Of a stretch of 29,000 nt of DNA, positions 7,866-18,902 are shown in pieces (the first letter of the stretch is position 1; every line of letters begins with the position of its first letter). The stretch lies in the NCBI GenBank assembly GCA_041483195.1, contig JBGPFC010000043.1:1-29000 (forward strand), given 5' to 3'. The DNA comes from Candidatus Eiseniibacteriota bacterium (lineage in GTDB: Bacteria; Eisenbacteria; RBG-16-71-46). The position numbers and the translations under genes are program-made. The notes beneath the pieces are model-generated. The model saw only the letters and a program-made list of their open reading frames with translations, searched no databases and was not told the DNA's origin.

Positions 7866-8604
7866 GGCGCGGCCCCGGCGCCGCCCGTGAGCTCGAGGAA
7901 CACGTCTTCGAGCGTCGCGGAGCCGCGCCCGCCGCGCAGCGCATCGAGCGTGCCTTCGGCGAGCTTGCGGCCGTGGTGCAGGATCGCGACGCGATCGCAC
8001 AATCGCTCGGCGACCTCGAGCAGGTGCGTCGAGATCAGCACGCCGAGGCCGCGTGCCGCGCGCTCGCGCAGCAGATCCTTGAGGGCGCGCGCGGCGCGCG
8101 GATCGAGGCCGGAGAGCGGCTCGTCGAGCATGACCAGCGGAGGATCGTGCAGCAGCGCGGCGGCGACCGACACCTTCTGCCGCGTGCCGCGCGAGCAGCC
8201 CTCGAGCAGCCGGTCGGCGGGTTCCAGCTCGAGGCGCTCGCACAGCTCGTCCGCGCGTCGCGCGGCGAGCTCGCGCGGGACGTCGTAGAGCGCCGCGATG
8301 AACTCGAGGAATTCGCGGGCGGTTAGCAGCTCGTAGAGGCAGGGCTCGTCGGGAACGAACCCATTGCGGCACGGGCCGCGAGCGGCCGCGTGGCGAGCGG
8401 CTCCCCCGCGATCACGACCCGGCCCCGATCGGGCGCGATCAGCCCCGCGCACATGCGGAGCGTCGTGGTCTTGCCCGCGCCGTTCGGCCCGAGGAATCCC
8501 AGGATCTCCCCCGGGGCCACGACCAGGTCGAGGCCATCCACCGCCGTGACGTTTCCGAAGCGGCGGGTGAGGGCGGAGGCGGCGAGCGGGGGCGGAGCGG
8601 TCAT
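7862..8604 (-). pseudogene. ABC transporter ATP-binding protein with a 1-nt deletion frameshift at ~8361 (pseudogene or sequencing error)
   Basis: Walker A GPNGAGKT lies in ORF 8323..8604; FVPDEP, signature-like SRGTRQK, Walker B VMLDEP and the STH motif lie in another frame ending at 7862. Junction reads atg-gg-ttc-gtt-ccc. Confidence 0.88.
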
Positions 8605-8780
8605 GGGTGATCCCGGGGTGAAGCGGGCAGTCTAACAGCCGCACCGCGCTCCGCGCTCCGCAGGAAATGCGGAATTCGCGCGCGATCCGCATCACGAGCG
8701 CCGCGTTCGGCGCGCGGGCGCGGCGTGCGAGGCCCGCAGCTGGCGCGGAGTTCGAGCGCATCGTGCCGTCGAGTCGTGCG

Positions 8781-8797
8781 CTGGCACATCGGCTGCA
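8781..8797 (+). promoter_or_regulatory. sigma54 (RpoN) promoter
   Basis: CTGGCACATCGGCTGCA against consensus YTGGCACGNNNNTTGCW: GG-N10-GC spacing exact, 2 mismatches; predicted +1 near 8808. Confidence 0.7.
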
Positions 8798-8807
8798 TTC
8801 GTCACGC

Positions 8808-8970
8808 GTGACTTCGCGGCGCACGCGCGGGGTCTCGAGTCCGCGATCGCCTTCGAACGGGGACCGCGCCGCAAGGCCGGAAGGATTTGAAGGTGGGTCG
8901 CGGGCTCGAGATCTCACGCGGGCCGTCCGCGAGCGCGGAGCGCGGCCGGGACTCGCAGCCCCCGGCCGCA
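8808..8970 (+). ncRNA. Putative structured non-coding RNA: long hairpin with GCAA tetraloop plus 3' hairpins
   Basis: 8829-8857 pairs with 8886-8915 (29 bp, 6 G-U pairs, one bulged G); inner ccg-c-gcc-GCAA-ggc-cgg; outer pairing extends to ~8813/8933; further hairpin 8942-8969. Confidence 0.6.
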
Positions 8971-9025
8971 CCGCGCGGATCGAACCGGGCCCGCGGGTCG
9001 CCGCCGCGCGGGCGAAACGCGGCGC

Positions 9026-10813
<1,788 letters not shown>

Positions 10814-10888
10814 GGGGGATCGTCGACCTCCGGCGGCTCGGAAGGGCGCGTGGCTCGCACCGAGCGTAGCAAACGCCCGCGGGAGACG

Positions 10889-11896
10889 CTACGCCGGAGC
10901 CAGCGCGCGGGCCAGCTTCGGCAGGCTCACGTCGTAGCGGTAGCTCACGTTCATGTGGCCGTCCGCGAACTCCTGGTACTCGTGTGCGATGCCGAGCGCG
11001 GAGAGCCGACGGGTGAAGATGCGCGCGCCGTGCTGCAGGTGAAACTCGTCCTTCGTGCCGCAGTCGAGATAGAGCAGCCGCATCGCGCGCAGCGCGGGGG
11101 CGTGGCGATCGAGCAGGGTCAGCGGATCGTGCTCGAGCCAGCGGCGCCACACTTCCTCGCGCAGCGCGCCGGTCTCCATGTCGCACGGCAGGTCGATCCC
11201 GAGCGGCGTCGTTGCCGGATTCGGCGAGTAGGCCGCGGCCATCGCCAGGATGTTGAGCACCTCCAGGTCCTCGTGTTTCTTCTGCACCTTCGATTCGAAG
11301 GCCGCGAGCCACGCCGCGATTCCGCCGGCGTTCTGCACCGCCACGCAGAATTTCGGAATGTCGCCGCGGTAGCAGTAGTCGAAGTAGACGTCGCCGCTGT
11401 GGCAGGCCATCGCGCCGAACACCCCGGGATGCCGCATGCCCAGCACCAGCGTGCCGTAGCCTCCCGACGACTTGCCCGCCACGCCGCGGTGCGCGCTTTC
11501 CGCGAGCGTGCGGTAGGTGCGATCGACGTGCGGCACCAGCTCCTCGACCAGGTGGGTTTCGTAGCGCCCGGTGGCGGTCGAATCGAGGTATTGCGAGCCG
11601 CCGAAGCGGGTGAAGCAATCGGGCATGACGAGGATCATCTCGCCGCACAGCCCGCGCGCGATCAGGTCGTCCATGCGATCGGAAAGCCCGGGCGACCATG
11701 GATTGTCGTTGAGCAGCATGCGCCCGCGCCCGGTGAACCCGGTCAGCACGAACACCGCCGGGTAGCGGCGCGCGGGCGATGCTTCGTAGGAGGGCGGCAG
11801 GTACACCGGCACGCGGCGAACGTGCGGATCGCCCGCGGGATTGCCCTTGAGAACCGCGCTCTCGAATTCCTCGACGACCACCCGGCCGCGTTTCAT
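10889..11896 (-). CDS. Alpha/beta hydrolase, putative esterase (Fes-like family)
   Basis: VYLPPSY, nucleophile elbow GKSSGG, LDCGTKDEF and EFADGH. Confidence 0.88.
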   Translation of the reverse strand: MKRGRVVVEEFESAVLKGNPAGDPHVRRVPVYLPPSYEASPARRYPAVFVLTGFTGRGRMLLNDNPWSPGLSDRMDDLIARGLCGEMILVMPDCFTRFGGSQYLDSTATGRYETHLVEELVPHVDRTYRTLAESAHRGVAGKSSGGYGTLVLGMRHPGVFGAMACHSGDVYFDYCYRGDIPKFCVAVQNAGGIAAWLAAFESKVQKKHEDLEVLNILAMAAAYSPNPATTPLGIDLPCDMETGALREEVWRRWLEHDPLTLLDRHAPALRAMRLLYLDCGTKDEFHLQHGARIFTRRLSALGIAHEYQEFADGHMNVSYRYDVSLPKLARALAPA

Positions 11897-11971
11897 GATT
11901 CGCTCCGATGGAGAGAGTTGCCGCCCGCGACGATTCCACAAACCGGCGCGCGGGGCCAGCGCAAGACGCGT

Positions 11972-13990
11972 TCAGAACTCGATGACGCCCGATCGTCCTC
12001 CGCCTCGCCGCTCGAGGGCGTCCCGCACCGCCGCGATCGCCGGATCCAGCCGCGCACCCGGGTCGATCCGATCGAGCGCGCGCAACTCCTCGACCGCGCG
12101 ATCGTCGAGCCGCGCGGCGGCGAGCTCGCGCACCAGTTCGCGACGCGCCAGCCAGTCGCCGGGCTTGAGCCACACCGCGACCATGGTCTCGAGCGCCGCG
12201 TACTTCGGGCGCTCCCGCTCGAGCAGCGCCGCGAGCACGGCGTGCGCCTCGGGCCGGCCGATCCCCGCATGGATCGCGCCCATCAGCAGGCGGCGCGTCT
12301 CCAGGGTGTCGCGATCGTCGTGCAGCGCGGTCTCGGCCCGCCGCAGCTGGCGGAACCACATCAGCGAATCGTCGGATGCGCCCCACGCGCGCCACGCCGC
12401 CTCGGCCGCCCCCCGATCCCCGCGCCACAGCTCGGCCCAGCCCAGCCAGTACAGATGGTCGAGCGGATTGCCGCCCGACGCGAGGCCGCGGCGAAAGGCG
12501 TGTGCGGCGCCGGCGGGCCGGCCCAGCAGCAGCAGATCGGATCCGATCTGGAAGAGCGGATCGCGTGCGCGCTCGTACAGGGGTTCGAGCCCGATTCCGT
12601 TCCAGAACAGAAAACGCACGGGGTGCTCCGCGGCGGTGGACTCCGAGTACTGCGAGAAGAAGTAGGAGCCCAGCGAGGGATCGCGGTAGAGCGTGCGAAC
12701 CAGCGGACCATTGCCTCGCTGGAATCCGGCCCACGGCGGGAGCGTCGCGAAGAAGAATCGCGTGCCGGCCGGCGGCGACGGGTCGAGCGTCCGCAGCTGG
12801 CGCGCGAGCGTGTCGGAGAGTGCGGCGCCCCGCTCGAAGTAGAAGCTGGTGAGATGCGAGGTCCATACCCAGGGACGGTCGGCGAGTGCGAAGGCGCGCG
12901 TCGCGGTGCTGCCCGCGTGCCACCACAACAGCCCCGCCGTGAGGCCGAGCCACAGCCAGCGATCGATCGCGCGGCACGCGAGCGCGAAGAGCACCGCGCC
13001 GCCCACCGCCGCGAGCGTGTAGTAGTAGGCGCTCCACGAGTGGGCGACCGGCCCGGTGACGATGGCGAACGCGATCAGCCATGCTCCCGCGAAACGGGCG
13101 ACGTCGCGGACCGGCGGCCGGGAACGCGCGTCGCCGTGCGTCCCGCGCGTGGCCGGCATCCAGATCGCGAGCGCCCCGATCACCAGCAGCGGAATCGGAG
13201 CCGGGCCGTGCTCGGCGAGGCCGCGCGCGATCCCGCCGGGATGATCGAGCCCGAGCAGGCTCTGCGCGCCGTGTGCGAGCCCCGCCAGGAAATCTCCCGG
13301 CCCGAAGCGCAGGAACGCGGCGGCTTCGGGATTGTGCGCGCGCACCACGAGCAGCACCACGCACCACGCGCCCACCACGGCCGCGGACGGCCACGCGCGC
13401 GAGACGATCGCGCCCGGAGCGCTCCGCGCGATCCAGTGGTCCCACGCCGCAAGCGCGAGCGGGAGCGGCAGGGCGACCTCCTTGCTCGCGACCGCCGCGA
13501 GCGTGGCGAGCGCCGCGGGGCCGCGGTGACCGCGCCGGTAGAGCGCGAGCGCCGAGAGCGAGAAGACCAGCGCGAGCAGATCCTGGCTGCACGAAATCCA
13601 GGTGAGGTTCACGCGCTGGAACGGAAGCAGCGCGAAGTAGAGAACTCCCGCCATCGCGGCGGCGGGCGCGACCAGGGCGAGCAAGAGATCGAGCAGCAGC
13701 GCGAGGGCGAACAGCCAGACCGCCGCGTTCGCGAGGTGGAACGCGAGCGGGTTCCCGCCCGCGACCGGCGTGAGCAGCGCGAAGTAGAGCTGGCGCGAAA
13801 GCGGCCGGTAGAAGTTGCCCAGAATTCCGAGGCGGGTGAGCGACTCGAACAGGGAATGGGTGCGGGCCTCCTCGAGGAATAAGTAGTCGTCGTTGAGGAA
13901 GCCGCAGCGCAGCGCGCCGGCGTACAGGGCGAGAAGCGACAGCGCCGCGAGCACGGGCGCCGGCCACCAGGAGAGTCTGCGGGCGGTCAC
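11972..13990 (-). CDS. GT-C-type membrane glycosyltransferase-like protein (TMTC-like) with C-terminal TPR-like helices; start uncertain
   Basis: GFLNDDY after TM1, FYRPLS, AFHLAN and SKE motifs, many TM segments, helical C-terminal region. Confidence 0.65.
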   Translation of the reverse strand: MTARRLSWWPAPVLAALSLLALYAGALRCGFLNDDYLFLEEARTHSLFESLTRLGILGNFYRPLSRQLYFALLTPVAGGNPLAFHLANAAVWLFALALLLDLLLALVAPAAAMAGVLYFALLPFQRVNLTWISCSQDLLALVFSLSALALYRRGHRGPAALATLAAVASKEVALPLPLALAAWDHWIARSAPGAIVSRAWPSAAVVGAWCVVLLVVRAHNPEAAAFLRFGPGDFLAGLAHGAQSLLGLDHPGGIARGLAEHGPAPIPLLVIGALAIWMPATRGTHGDARSRPPVRDVARFAGAWLIAFAIVTGPVAHSWSAYYYTLAAVGGAVLFALACRAIDRWLWLGLTAGLLWWHAGSTATRAFALADRPWVWTSHLTSFYFERGAALSDTLARQLRTLDPSPPAGTRFFFATLPPWAGFQRGNGPLVRTLYRDPSLGSYFFSQYSESTAAEHPVRFLFWNGIGLEPLYERARDPLFQIGSDLLLLGRPAGAAHAFRRGLASGGNPLDHLYWLGWAELWRGDRGAAEAAWRAWGASDDSLMWFRQLRRAETALHDDRDTLETRRLLMGAIHAGIGRPEAHAVLAALLERERPKYAALETMVAVWLKPGDWLARRELVRELAAARLDDRAVEELRALDRIDPGARLDPAIAAVRDALERRGGGRSGVIEF

Positions 13991-14106
13991 GGTGGCGCAA
14001 TCTATCAGTCTCGTGCCGGCCGAACCACGCCGCGCGCCCCGCGGGCGCGGGCGGGCGCGGGCCGAAGCCCCGCGCTTCGGCCGACCCCGATGCCGTCTCG
14101 CCGGCC

Positions 14107-14135
14107 TAATCCCGCGGCCGGTCCCCGCCGATAAC
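14107..14135 (+). promoter_or_regulatory. sigma28 (FliA/WhiG)-like promoter
   Basis: TAAT-N16-GCCGATAAC, ending ~56 nt upstream of the histidine kinase start. Confidence 0.5.
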
Positions 14136-14191
14136 TGCCGGGACCGGTCGTATCGCATGATCTGGGACAACGGGGCAGGGGGGCCCTTCCA

Positions 14192-15814
14192 TTGAACGTT
14201 TCATTGGGATCCAAGCGGGATCGCATCAATCGGCGCGGCTGGTGGCTCTGGGCGGTGACCTTCACCGTGGTCATCGCGCTGGCGGCCGCGGTTCCGCTCC
14301 TCTACGTTCCGTTGCTCCGGATGATCGAAGAGCGCGAAGGGGGCTCCGGGCTCGAGAGCTATTACGCGATCATCGGGCTCTCCGGGCTGGTCGCCATCTT
14401 CTGCCTCTACACCGCCCTCAAGCAGCGCGAGCTGAACAAGACGCGCGAGCACCTCGAGCGCGAAGAGCGGGACAAGCAGGAGACCGGGAATCGGCTCTCC
14501 GAGCTCTCTGCGCTCTTCCAGGTTTCGACCACGCTCAACCTGCAGCTGCAGCTCGGCGTGATCCTCGAGATCATCGTGCGCCGAGTGGTCTCGACCCTGC
14601 GCGCGCAGCAGGCCTCGATCATGATCTTCAATCCGGAGGACGGCATGCTCGAGACGCGCGCCTCCTACGGCCTCGAATCGGAGTTCGCGCGCCACGCGCG
14701 CAAGCGGCTGGGTGAGGGCATCGCGGGCTGGGTCGCGGAACGCAAGGAAGCGGTCCTGCTCACCGGTCGCGACGCCCCTCCCGGGCTCAGCCAGCACTTC
14801 AAGCCGGACCGCAACATCACATCGGCGCTCTCGCTGCCGCTGCGCGTGGGCGAGCGTTGTGTCGGGGTGCTCAACGTCAACCGCATCAACCATCCGGAGC
14901 CGTTCCAGGAGCACCACCGCGAGATGCTGCGCCTCTTCTCCGAGCACGTCGGCGCCGTCATCGATCGCGCGGAGAGCCTGGAGCGTCTGAGCAGCCGCAC
15001 CCGCCAGCTCGAAGCCGCCAATCTCAGGCTCAGCGAGATGAACCAGATGAAGGATGTGTTCCTCTCGACCGCGAGCCACGAGCTCAAGACCCCGCTCTCC
15101 TCGGTGATCGCGTACGCGGAGCTGCTGGAGGACAACGACGAGCAGCTGCGGCCCGAGCAGCGCACCGAGTTCCTGCGCCGCCTGCGGGGCGAGGCCGGCC
15201 GCCTCCTGAACCTGATCGAAGACATCCTCGACCTGTCTCGGATCGAGAGCGGGAAGCTGGTGCTGCGACGCATGTCGATGCCCGTGAACGAAATCGTGAG
15301 CGCCGCGATCGAGACCTCGCGCACGACCGCCGGCAAGCACGGGATCGAGATCGTCGAGATGCTCGCTCCCGATCTGCCGCGCATGATGCTCGACGAGGTC
15401 AAGATGCGGCAGGTGGTCGTCAACCTGCTCGTCAACGCCGTGAAGTTCAGCCCCGAGCGCGGCACCGTGAAGATTCAGACCCGCGCCGACGACCAGTACG
15501 TGCTGATCGAGGTGATGGATCAGGGTCCGGGCATCCTTCCCGAGGAGGCCGTGCACATCTTCGAGCTGTTCGGGCAGGGCGTGCGCGGGCCGGACGGCAA
15601 GGCCGGAGGGCTCGGAATCGGGCTTCATCTCGTCCGCCGCATCAGCGAATTGCATGGCGCGCACGTCGGGGTGAACAGCCAGCCCGGAGACGGCAGCACG
15701 TTCTGGGTGCGCCTCCCGCTCGCGCTCGCCGAAGAGGCGAAGCACACCGCGGAGATCGCGGCCGCGGACGCGGCGCAGCGGGCTCAGGGCGTGGACGCGC
15801 GCGCGGCCGCCTAG
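14192..15814 (+). CDS. Membrane-anchored GAF-domain sensor histidine kinase
   Basis: 2 TM segments; GAF (GEGIAGWVA, SALSLPL, GVLNV); H-box ASHELKTPL; N-box NLLVNAVKF; DQGPGI, FELF and GLGIGL; TTG start. Confidence 0.95.
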   Translation: MNVSLGSKRDRINRRGWWLWAVTFTVVIALAAAVPLLYVPLLRMIEEREGGSGLESYYAIIGLSGLVAIFCLYTALKQRELNKTREHLEREERDKQETGNRLSELSALFQVSTTLNLQLQLGVILEIIVRRVVSTLRAQQASIMIFNPEDGMLETRASYGLESEFARHARKRLGEGIAGWVAERKEAVLLTGRDAPPGLSQHFKPDRNITSALSLPLRVGERCVGVLNVNRINHPEPFQEHHREMLRLFSEHVGAVIDRAESLERLSSRTRQLEAANLRLSEMNQMKDVFLSTASHELKTPLSSVIAYAELLEDNDEQLRPEQRTEFLRRLRGEAGRLLNLIEDILDLSRIESGKLVLRRMSMPVNEIVSAAIETSRTTAGKHGIEIVEMLAPDLPRMMLDEVKMRQVVVNLLVNAVKFSPERGTVKIQTRADDQYVLIEVMDQGPGILPEEAVHIFELFGQGVRGPDGKAGGLGIGLHLVRRISELHGAHVGVNSQPGDGSTFWVRLPLALAEEAKHTAEIAAADAAQRAQGVDARAAA

Positions 15815-16067
15815 CGGCGGGTCCCCCGCGGAATCATCCGGGCGGCCGGAGGCCTTCGAGCCTCCGGCCGCTTTGCGTTGCCGGGGCGCGCCGGGCCCGG
15901 CTCACGCCGCGGCGATGCGCTTCGTCCGCCCGCGCAGCGAGAGCGCGCACCCGCCGCTGGACCGCGCGGTGTCCTGTGCGATACTCGCGCCGCCGGCCGG
16001 CGCCGCCCGCGCGCTGTGAAAATCGAGACCCCGATCCACGATCCGCACGCACGGAGGAACGCTCCGA

Positions 16068-16649
16068 GTGGTTGCCCCCATTCGCACGACACAGAATCCG
16101 CCGGCTTCCGTACCACCTCGCGTGGGCCGGGCGGAGCCGGCTTCGGTTTCTCGTCCCGGATCCGAGGCGGATGGGAGAGCGACGCGATCGGGCGCGGCAC
16201 GCCCCGCGCTCCCGCGCGAATTGCTGGAGCGGGTGCGGTCGCGCGATCCGGATGCGCTCGCCGAGTTCTTCGAACGGTACTTCGATCAGGTGTACGGCCT
16301 GGTGCGCCATCTGCTCGGCGACCGGACGGCCGCGGAGGACATCACGCAGGAGGTCTTTCTCAAGGTGCACCGCGCCGCCTCGCAGCTCGATCCCAGCCGG
16401 GATCCCGCGCCCTGGCTCTGGGCGATCGCCGCCAACGCCTGCCGCGATGTCTGGCGCTCGGGGGCGTATCGCATGGGGCGGCGCAGCGCGTCGATCGAGC
16501 AGGACGAAGCGGTTGCGTTGCGGCTCGCGAGCCGCGGCGACGACCCGGAGCGCGCCGCGATCGCGGCGGAGCTCGGACTCAACCACGCCGCGGTGCGCAA
16601 GCGCTACTCGCGCGCGCTCGCCGCGCTCGGCTGCGTGACGCGTTCGTGA
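16068..16649 (+). pseudogene. ECF sigma-70 factor lacking most of region 4.1 (probable internal deletion); start uncertain
   Basis: Region 2 is present (AEDITQEVFLKVHR...PWLWAIAANACRD), but DDPERA joins directly to the region 4.2 HTH AIAAELGLNHAAVRKRYSRA. Confidence 0.7.
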
Positions 16650-17356
16650 GCGGAACGTTCGTCGCGCCGCGGCCGGAGCGCCGCCGGCCGACCGCTCGCC
16701 TGGCCGCGCTCCGCTGGGCCGCGCTGCCGCTCGCCGCAGCGGCCGCGCTCGCGGCGGCGAGTGCCCTGAACCAGGGTCCGCCCCTCACGCTGCGCGCGCG
16801 GATCGGCGAGGGCGTCGTGGTGGTCGATGGCGTGCCGGTGCCGATGGCGGACGCGGCGCAGCTCGCGCGGCGATTGCGCCCCGGCGCGCGGGTGCGGGTG
16901 CCGGACGGCGCCCGGATCGAGCTCGTGAGCGAGGGTCAGCTCGCGATCCAGCTCGCGGGCGGCACCGACGTCGCGTTGCCGGGTGTCCCCGGCCGCTGGT
17001 TCCGGCGAGTCGCGCGCGCCGAGGTGCGCGGAGGCGAGCTGCGGATCGCGACCGGCGCGCGATTCCACGGGGCGCGCCTCGAGATCGAGACCCCCGAAGC
17101 CGCGGTCACGGTGACCGGCACCACGCTCGCGGTGATCTGCGAGCCCACCGGCACCTGCGTCTGCGTGCTCGATGGACGCGTCGCGGTCTCGCGCAAGGGC
17201 GAGAGCCTGGTGGTGGTCCCCGCGGGCTGGCGGCGCTACGTGTACAACGACAATCGCGCCCCCGAGATGAACGGCATGCGGCCCGACGAGCACGACCAGC
17301 TCGGCGAGTTCCGCGACCGCCGGCGGACCGATCTGGGCGGGGCGGCCAGGGAGTGA
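16646..17356 (+). CDS. FecR-domain putative anti-sigma factor, probably N-terminally truncated
   Basis: One TM segment (WAALPLAAAAALAAA), then FecR-like ETPEAAVTVTGT...VCVLDGRVAV; follows the ECF sigma gene. Confidence 0.75.
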   Translation: MSGTFVAPRPERRRPTARLAALRWAALPLAAAAALAAASALNQGPPLTLRARIGEGVVVVDGVPVPMADAAQLARRLRPGARVRVPDGARIELVSEGQLAIQLAGGTDVALPGVPGRWFRRVARAEVRGGELRIATGARFHGARLEIETPEAAVTVTGTTLAVICEPTGTCVCVLDGRVAVSRKGESLVVVPAGWRRYVYNDNRAPEMNGMRPDEHDQLGEFRDRRRTDLGGAARE

Positions 17357-17372
17357 GTTCCCGCGGCGCGAC

Positions 17373-18902
17373 TCAGGCCGCCGCTTCGCCCTCCGGCTCC
17401 TCGGGATATTCCTCGGCGCGCAGCGCACGGCCGACGTTCAACTCGGACGGAATCGGGCGGTATTCGCTCGGTTCCTCCGGCGTGAGCCGGCGACGGTCCG
17501 CGCGCGCGATGACGCGAACGTGGGGGCGCTCCAGATCCTGCGGGTTGGGCGAGAGCACGAGCGCGATGTAGCCGTTTTCGAGGACCACCACCTGCCCGGG
17601 CGGATAGAGTCCCACCGTCTGGACCAGCGCCCACAGCATGACGGGATCGAAGCTGGCGCGCATCGGGCCGAGCATCATGCCCAGTGCCTGATAGGGCGTC
17701 ACGTTGGCGCCATGGCGGCTGCGGTAGGTCTGCAGGCTCACATAGCAGTCGGCCACGGTCACGATTCGCGAGAGCAGGCTCGTCGACCATCCCTTCGGCG
17801 CTTCGGGGTAGCCATCGCCCGCCGGGTACATGTGGTGCTCGAGCGCGACGCGGATACAGCGCAGCGTGGTGGGATTGAGCGTGGTCGTGCGCGCCAGCAG
17901 CTTGGCGCCCTCGACCGGATGGCGCTCGGCGGCGATCTTCTCGTCGTCCGTGAACTCGTCGAACGGCCGCTGGATCAGGTCCGCGACCGCATTCTTGCCG
18001 ACGTCGTGAAGGAGCGCGGCCACGCCCAGGTCCGCGAGCGCGCGACGGTCGAGGCCGAGCGCGTGGGCCATCGTCACCGCGACCATGCACACGTTGACGC
18101 TGTGCGCATACGTGTACTCGTCGTGATGACCGAGCGTGGTGAGGCCCACCACGACCGGCTCCTTGTCGAACGCGCCGTCCACGAGCGGCTGCACCACGCG
18201 CTTGGCGTGCCGCAATTCGATTCCCGCGCTGAGCGAGGTCGTCGCGAGCAGCGAGCGCGTGCCCAGCATCGCGATGCGATAGCTCTTGTGCGAAGCGCCG
18301 CGCGGCATGCGGGATTGCGTCTCCGGCTCCGGCTTCTCGGGGATCGCGCCCCACGTGTCTTCCTCGGGCTTGGCGTCGCGCTCGGGATCGCGCTCGCCAT
18401 CGAAGAACTCGCTCTCCGGCGCCTCGGTGCTGGCGTGGATGACCGGCAGCATGCGGTCGATTCCGGCGGCGAGACAGGCCTCGAGCATGCTGGTGCCGTA
18501 GTAGACGTCGGGCCGCATGAAGAACACGAAGAAGTTCTCGACCTCGAGCGGCTCGACCCCCTTCTCGATCCTGATCCCGGCGATCTTCCGGCGCCGGAAT
18601 TCCTCGAGCACCGTCTGGTGGAACCGCAGGTTCGCCGTGCGGATCGGGATGCGGAAGCCGTTCAGGTACAGGTCGGTCTCCAGCGAGACCAGCACGACCT
18701 CTTCGGCGTCGGCCAGCACTCCGCGCGCCGCGTCGAGGAAGCTCAGGATCTGCTTGGTGAAGATCTGATTGCCGACCTGGTAGGCCCTGCCGATGCGGAT
18801 CAGCGCCGAGAGCCGCATGATGATGCGCAGTCCCATCTCGCGAATGTTCTGCTCGGCGCGCCGCGGATCGGGCGTGGCCGGGAGCTCGGGGGCCGGGCTC
18901 AC
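17373..18902 (-). CDS. HD-GYP domain protein (putative cyclic-dinucleotide phosphodiesterase)
   Basis: YTYAHSVNV, ALLHDVGK, HPVEG, EHH...GDGYP and IVTVADCY; GTG start overlaps the upstream stop (GTGA). Confidence 0.9.
   Translation of the reverse strand: MSPAPELPATPDPRRAEQNIREMGLRIIMRLSALIRIGRAYQVGNQIFTKQILSFLDAARGVLADAEEVVLVSLETDLYLNGFRIPIRTANLRFHQTVLEEFRRRKIAGIRIEKGVEPLEVENFFVFFMRPDVYYGTSMLEACLAAGIDRMLPVIHASTEAPESEFFDGERDPERDAKPEEDTWGAIPEKPEPETQSRMPRGASHKSYRIAMLGTRSLLATTSLSAGIELRHAKRVVQPLVDGAFDKEPVVVGLTTLGHHDEYTYAHSVNVCMVAVTMAHALGLDRRALADLGVAALLHDVGKNAVADLIQRPFDEFTDDEKIAAERHPVEGAKLLARTTTLNPTTLRCIRVALEHHMYPAGDGYPEAPKGWSTSLLSRIVTVADCYVSLQTYRSRHGANVTPYQALGMMLGPMRASFDPVMLWALVQTVGLYPPGQVVVLENGYIALVLSPNPQDLERPHVRVIARADRRRLTPEEPSEYRPIPSELNVGRALRAEEYPEEPEGEAAA

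Noticed and set aside
8808..8935. Hairpin as SRP (4.5S) RNA, 6S RNA or a simple terminator
   Set aside because: GGCCGGAAGGA resembles SRP domain IV but the CAGG and AGCAG elements are missing; there is no large central bubble as in 6S; it is too long for a terminator, has no U tract, and its G-U pairs favour the strand opposite the flanking genes.
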